In this document: positions 58,221 through 64,000 of the stretch, one piece after another
Layout: each line of letters opens with the position of its first letter
Position numbering within the stretch: the first letter of the stretch is position 1
Assembly (NCBI GenBank): GCA_963751455.1
Contig: CAVVUN010000001.1
Location: 352,001-416,000, forward strand
Origin: Nitrospirota bacterium
GTDB lineage: Bacteria; Nitrospirota; UBA9217
Length of the DNA: 64,000 nt
Reading direction: 5' to 3'
Made by a program: the position numbers and the translations under genes
The notes under the pieces: model-generated
Told to the model about the DNA's origin: nothing
The model's database searches: none
Seen by the model: the letters and a program-made list of their open reading frames with translations, nothing else

Positions 58221-60164
58221 ATATACGTTCTCCTCGTGATCGCGCCTTAAGGACGAGTGCTGCTTCTCCGGGAATAACCAATGTCTCATCAGTGTCGACA
58301 TGCGACGTGCCGTTACCGCCATACGCCGGGTTTTCACTGGACCAGACGATTTCCCATAAGGAGCCTGCCGGGGGGGCAAGAAGCGGTTCAGGGGCAGGAC
58401 TCAGGCGGCTGTCCCGGCCAAAGTTGACGATGACTAAACGGTCATCGCCGCGCTCTCCAAAATATCGCAGCACGAACGAGTCTGCGCCAAGCACAGCGCC
58501 GTCCACGCCCCTTTCACCCTGGGTTCTGAAGACAGGATCTTCGCGCCGCAGGCGCATCAGGTCGCAATGGAGCGCCAGGTCCGCGCCATGACGTTCACGT
58601 TCCGAGAAATCCAGTTTAGAACGAAGAAAGGTGCGGATGTCGGTGGGATCATCGAAACGTTCCTGCATGTCAGGGGAAGCCAGGCTCGGAAATTGGGCCA
58701 GGAACATGCGGCGTCCCTTCTTGATTTCCTCTCCCAGCTCGGGCTTGTGATCCGCAAAGTACAGGAACGGCGAGGAGGCAGAAAATTCCTGTCCCTGAAA
58801 GAGCATGGGAGTTCCCGGCGCAAGCAGCAGCAAGGCAGTCATGGCCCTCAACCTGCCCGGACTGGTCAGGAAATGGAGACGCCTGCCGCTGCCGGAGTTT
58901 GCCACCTGATCATGGTTTTGTATGAACAAGATAAATGACTCCGGCTTCATGCCCTCGGTGGACGCTCCCCGCCTTTTTCTCTGCCAGGTATAATACTGGC
59001 CCTGGAATAAGTAACCTCGTTTAACTGCCGAAATGAATTCCTGCGGCGTCCCTCGATAGTCACTGTAATATGCCTCGTTGCGGCCGGTCAGCGCGACCCG
59101 GGCGGCATGATGGAAATCGTCATTCCACAGCGCGTCCATACCGTACCCGCCCTGGTCGATTGGCCGGGCGAGCATGCTTTGCTGTGGTTCGTTCTCCGCT
59201 ACCACGACCGTACTGCGGGAAGAAGAAGCGTGCCTCACAGTCCGCGTGATCGCGGCAAGAATGTGCTCCGGGGACTGGTCGAAAATAACCTGTGTTGCGT
59301 CGAGTCTTAAGCCGTCGAGATGGAATTCCGAGATCCAGTAGCCTGCGTTCGAGAGAACGAATTCCCGTACCGGCGCCGGAATTCTCTCCATCAAAATTGA
59401 ACGCACGGCCCCACTCGGTAGCATAGCGATTCGTGAAATAGTCGTTTGAGAATTGGGAGAGATACGATCCATCAGGCGCTTCGTGGTTGTATACTACGTC
59501 AAGTATGACAGCTAGGCCGGCGCCATGAGCCGCATCGACGAAATTCCTGAATTCGTCCGGTGTGCCGTAGAGGCGTGTCGGTGCGAAAAAATCGACACCG
59601 TCATAACCCCATCCGAAGCGGCCCGGGAAAATCGGCAATCGGCATGAGCTCGAGCATGGTAAGTCCGGAAGCTGCTATATCAGGCAGGAGAGCGCGTGCA
59701 ACTTTCCAGGTTCCTTCCGCCGTGAACGTCCCGATATGCATCTCGTAAATGATCTGGCCACGGATCCGTGCGCCTTGCCATTCACGGTCAGTCCAGAGGA
59801 ATTTGCCAGGGTCTATGACCTGAGAAGGACCATGGGGTCCGAGAGGCTGGAACCGGGAAGCAGGATCCGGAAAAAGCGACTGACCGTCATCGAGGCAATA
59901 CCGGTACAATGTGCCGTCGGACGCCTCGGCTGCCCACCCGGAAAAATACCCGTCTGCTTCCGGTTTCAATTCGACAGTGGAAGTCCGCCCGTCCCGCAGA
60001 TGACCCGGTCCTCCCTCGATAACCACGAAGACCCTTTTGCGAAGAGGCGCCCATACGCGGAAATGGATGCCATCCGCAAAGGCCTCAGCACCTATTGGAA
60101 GCCTCCTGTGAAACTCAGCAACCCTGGCTGCCGGTTCCTGGTGTTTTTTCTTGGTGCGTATCAT
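58213..60164 (-). CDS. treZ: Malto-oligosyltrehalose trehalohydrolase, split by two frameshifts (about 59623 and 59375)
   Basis: [19 protein letters not shown] and YEMHIGTF; then WGYDGV and LDVVYNH; then [23 protein letters not shown] and PMLFQGQE, across three overlapping ORFs. Confidence 0.9.
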
Positions 60165-60226
60165 TGACCCTTCTCATTGTCGATGTAAGCAAGAAGTCTG
60201 AAGTTGCGCAGGTGTATTGAAATTTG

Positions 60227-61806
60227 CTAAAGATCGCCGCCCGACTTCGTCACTTTTTCCACGATTGGCGCTGTTCCGACTTTTTTAACGGACAGCTGCG
60301 CCAGTATCCGGCCGGCCTCCACCAGGACCCGCCAAAGGTTCTCGCTTCCACCCAGCCCCACCTTAATAAGATGATAGCAGATGCTGAGCATCGTGCGGGC
60401 TCTAAATAGTTCTGCCTGAGAAAGAAAATCAATATCCGCTTCCGCTGCGTTATGAAGATATGCCTGCAGAAACATTTCTTCAGATACTTTTGAATAGACC
60501 TTCTTGTTGCCGTAGAACTGGTTGCTGAACTGGGCCATAAACGTGCCGACATCAAACGCCGGAGGCATGGCATAGGAACTGTTGAAATCAATCGCAGCCA
60601 CGAACGTCGTGGTTGAAACATCATCTTGATTATCCCGGCCTATAAAAATATTCTTTGGATGGTAATCTCCATGGCCCTGCACAAACTTCTCGCGCTGGTT
60701 CGCATAGAGCGTATTCTCCATCTTGAGGACCATATCCATGATTTCCTGCGCGCGGCGGGTATGCGGATGGTTATGCTCGTAAAAAGCGGAAACATAGAAG
60801 CGCAGTCGATTGGGCTCGTCATGCAGAAATTCGTCAGGAGAAGATATTCTCAGCCTGGCATTGTGCAGTTCAGCAAGCCATTCAGCGGCCATCCGAAGAG
60901 AACGGAGGGCTTGTTCAGTGCTGCTATGGACCAGAACGTCAAAGAGAGTTTTACCGCTGATGCCTTGTTCGATCACCGTAAGACTTTTTTCGTCCTTTGC
61001 GAACGGTTTCGGTACTCGATATTTTCCTTGTCCGAATCCATGCCGCACCATCTCTTCCATAATGTATTCGGTACGCGCTGCAGAGCGCCATGTCTCGAGA
61101 TCCTTGTGCTTCTTGATTACGTACTGCTCCGGCTTCGTTCTGCCGCCTTTTGTCCCTATCGTTATCTCGGTAACCCTTGTGCTCGAAGTCCCTGAACGGG
61201 GTATCTCTTTAAAATATGGACGGCACCGTCCCGCCTTTATTTCGGCTGCCAGTTCCTCCAGAGAAGAAACAGGGTGATCGAAGATCAGTCGGATAGAGGC
61301 CCGTATAACTGATGGCATGAGTATCCGTTCCCGAAAGCGCCTTGAATTTATATTGATGCCAATCGTCCAGTGCCCTGTTGTTTTCCGCTGCCGTATGGTT
61401 CGAATTAAATATTTCAACAGCATCAATCAGCGGATGCAGCAGTTTGTTGACTGACGGTATTTTTTCATCTCGATACGGATGCGCCCACACAAGCGCTGCG
61501 CCTGGAAATCGCTCGCGAATTTTTCTTAACGAGGCGCCTCTTTCGATTGATCCGTCCGCGCCGTAAACAAGGATATGGCCGAGTTCCCGGGATTCAACCT
61601 CCTGGCCTGCAAGAATGAGAAAATGATGAGGGACTTTAAGCCGGGACCGCAGAGTCGCGGATATCCTCAAAGGACCACAGGTAATGATGGTCCGTGATCA
61701 CGATCCCCTGCAGCCCTTTGTCGAAAACGCTCTGGACGAGGTCCGCAGCCTGTACGTTGCTGCACGCGGAATGTTCTAATGTATGGCAATGCATTTCAAG
61801 AATCAT
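60227..61806 (-). CDS. PHP-domain phosphoesterase fused to an APH/kinase-like phosphotransferase, split by two frameshifts (about 61652 and 61287)
   Basis: EMHCHT..HS and ITDH; then GQEV, GHILVYG, AHPYR and GTDTH; then HGDYHPKNIF, IDF and FDVGTF. Confidence 0.8.
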
Positions 61807-61891
61807 GGCAATAATTCCGGGTCCCTGTTTCACATTTGCATTGGAATTTGTTTCTGAATAATGTGCTTGCGAGCACAGGTTCATCTTGAGC

Positions 61892-62011
61892 AAATCCCAA
61901 ATTTCAAAGCCCAAATCCCTAATAAGCTCCAAAACCGAAATTCCAATGTCTCAAACGTTTCGAATTTGTTTTTTGTTTTTATTTGAGATTTGGTGCTTGT
62001 TATTTGGTGCT
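61892..62011. repeat. Palindromic element of inverted 7-mer tandem repeats
   Basis: AAATCCCAAATTTCAAAGCCCAAATCCC ... GAGATTTGGTGCTTGTTATTTGGTGCTT. Confidence 0.7.
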
Positions 62012-62024
62012 TGTACCATGGTCT

Positions 62025-64000
62025 TCAATACATCCCCTCCCACGGGTCCTGATTCATGTGTTTAAACCGGGCCGCTGCGTTTCTTACCGTAATAGGATGG
62101 GTAAAAAGGTCTTCGGTCAATTCGGTTTCTGAAACGGGGAAGGCTATGCGAGCGTCGGCTGCAGCGCGCGTGGAATAGGGCACGATCGTGCTTGCTCCAA
62201 GACCGTTCCTCATATAGTCAAGCAGGATCTTTCCGGTGCGCCGTCTCTTCGATACCGTGGCTACAAACCATGAAGGTTTCCGCCTGACGAGGTCGAGCGC
62301 AATCGCCTTTGACATTTTTTTTAATTCGTCCCAGCTCAGAACAGGCTTGATCGGCACTACGATATGGATACCTTTGCCACCCGTCAATTTCAGGAACGGT
62401 TTCATGCCGTTTTGTATAAGCCAGTCTCTAATATAAAAGGCGGCTTCGATCAGCCTCTCGCTCGACACTTCCGGCGCCGGATCGAGATCAAGTATCATCC
62501 GGTCCGGGTGGTCAACATCATCTGCCCTGGAACCCAGCATATGGATCTCGAGAACTCCAAGTTGGACCAGCGACAAAATGCCGTTCAAATTATCCACAAC
62601 GGGGTACAGCCCGGGCTGCCCTTTCTCTTCTACAACAACGCTTCTGATTGCCACGGGAATATCGTCCTTCAGGTGCTTCTGAAAAAAACAGTCTTCCCGC
62701 ATACCGCGCGGAATGCCTTCCGGGCAGCGCACCAGCACAAGCGGCCGATTCACGACCTCCGGCAGCATCCGGTGCGCCACCCGCATGTAATATTCGGCCA
62801 GGTCCTTCTTGGTCAGGCCCTGGTCCGGATACATGATTCTGTCGGGGTTGGTAAGCTTTATCGGTATAATTGGGACTGGAATTACATCATCACCTGAAGC
62901 AGGAGCGTCATCCGGGGGGGGCGCTTCTTTCTCAAACGTTATCTCTTCTGCTTTCTTATCCTCCCTGATTCCTACAAAAGAGGGATGGCGTAAATTCCCC
63001 CCTTCTGTCCAATCTGAAAATTGAACTTCCGCAACCAGCCGGGGAGCTACCCAGCGCACGTCCCGGCTGCGCGGGTCGTCAATCGGTCCTGCAAAAGGAG
63101 AAGCAGGCTGCTCGATTTTTTTCAGTTGCTCGTAGACGGTCTTAATGGTCTGTTCGTTAAAGCCCGTGCCGACGTTTCCGCAATAGACAAGTTTACCCGC
63201 ATCATTATAATAGCCGAGAACAAGCGACCCGAAAAAGGACCATGCCCCTTTCGGCGCCGTAAATCCGCCAATGACGAATTCCTGGCGGTTGATGCATTTT
63301 TTCTTGACCCAGTATTTCGTTCTCTTCTGCAGATATGGGCTGTCCGTTCGTTTTGAAACGATCCCTTCGACAGAGTAGCGGCAGGCGTCGCGGAGCACCT
63401 GGTCGCCGGAGCGTTCAATGTGTTCACTGAAACGGATGGCAGGTATCCGTTCCTGGTATGTTGTAAGCAGTTCCCGAAGCACGGTTTTCCGCTCCAGAAG
63501 CGGCACATCCGATAAGTCCCTGCCCTGATAATAGGGAATATCGAATGCGTAATAGACCAGACCTTCGTCGTTGGGATGCTTCAGAATATTTTGGAGCTTT
63601 TGAAAGTTGGTGGTGCCGTCCGGATTCACGACCACAACCTCTCCGTCGAGAATCGCGCTTTGCACAGGGAGCCGCGACAATTGCCGGGCAAGCGTGGGGA
63701 ATTTATCGGTCCAGTTTTGACCTCGTCTGGTGGTTAATCCGACATTCCCCTTATTGATCCGGGCAATCAGACGGTACCCGTCAAATTTTATTTCGGACAC
63801 CCAGGCAGGACCCTCCGGCAGACGGGATACTAGGGTGGCAAGCTGCGGCAGAAATGAATCAGGCCACGGTGCTGTCTGTCCTATTGCGGCAGGCGGTTCG
63901 GGCGGCTTTTCGAATAAAGATTTTCCTGTTTCCCGACGTGCCTTCCCAGAAAGCGGATCTCTGTGCAGTAATCTCTTCCAGGGATCTGCCTGTCTTGGCG
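62025..64000 (-). CDS. ligD: NHEJ DNA ligase D (ligase and polymerase domains; 5' part outside the window)
   Basis: PQLATL, EIKFDGYR, LDGEVV, EGIVSKR, LRHP, RCPEG, FFQKH, DLDP, TGGKGIH and DYMRN. A KTGRSLEEI motif lies in another frame near 63970, suggesting one more indel. Confidence 0.95.
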   Translation of the reverse strand, partial: PRQADPWKRLLHRDPLSGKARRETGKSLFEKPPEPPAAIGQTAPWPDSFLPQLATLVSRLPEGPAWVSEIKFDGYRLIARINKGNVGLTTRRGQNWTDKFPTLARQLSRLPVQSAILDGEVVVVNPDGTTNFQKLQNILKHPNDEGLVYYAFDIPYYQGRDLSDVPLLERKTVLRELLTTYQERIPAIRFSEHIERSGDQVLRDACRYSVEGIVSKRTDSPYLQKRTKYWVKKKCINRQEFVIGGFTAPKGAWSFFGSLVLGYYNDAGKLVYCGNVGTGFNEQTIKTVYEQLKKIEQPASPFAGPIDDPRSRDVRWVAPRLVAEVQFSDWTEGGNLRHPSFVGIREDKKAEEITFEKEAPPPDDAPASGDDVIPVPIIPIKLTNPDRIMYPDQGLTKKDLAEYYMRVAHRMLPEVVNRPLVLVRCPEGIPRGMREDCFFQKHLKDDIPVAIRSVVVEEKGQPGLYPVVDNLNGILSLVQLGVLEIHMLGSRADDVDHPDRMILDLDPAPEVSSERLIEAAFYIRDWLIQNGMKPFLKLTGGKGIHIVVPIKPVLSWDELKKMSKAIALDLVRRKPSWFVATVSKRRRTGKILLDYMRNGLGASTIVPYSTRAAADARIAFPVSETELTEDLFTHPITVRNAAARFKHMNQDPWEGMY

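Overview
This 64 kb window is bacterial chromosome from an anaerobe. The gene content suggests Nitrospirota (Thermodesulfovibrionia-like) or Desulfobacterota, which is an inference. Core genes include rnr, the selenocysteine machinery (selA, selB and a tRNA-Sec gene, selC), ilvA, a PPDK/PEPS regulatory kinase, and MFS and KefC-type transporters. A sigma-54 regulator lies next to a rhodanese-TolC-MFP-RND-crotonase-DUF2892 operon. A Geobacter-like respiratory cluster follows: two triheme c7 cytochromes, an 11-heme cytochrome, Rieske/cyt b/5-heme, and 4-heme/FeS/NrfD. The right end holds mscL, an Nramp/MgtE-N pair, glycogen and trehalose genes and ligD. An accessory zone (about 37.2-48 kb) carries three toxin-antitoxin modules, an IS3 element, a truncated Y1 (HUH) transposase, and an attC cassette array with no visible integrase; two of its units are non-coding structured repeats. 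The most unusual signal is in the intergenic DNA: tiny (24-60 bp) palindromic elements inserted without target duplication into hairpins, tandem repeats and each other, and removing one restores a perfect terminator. Two membrane-protein genes (nrfD, Nramp) have a displaced, synonymously diverged copy of their 3' end beyond a TA module. Several single-base frameshifts in conserved genes are probably assembly indels. All protein calls come from motif recognition by eye; no database search was run.
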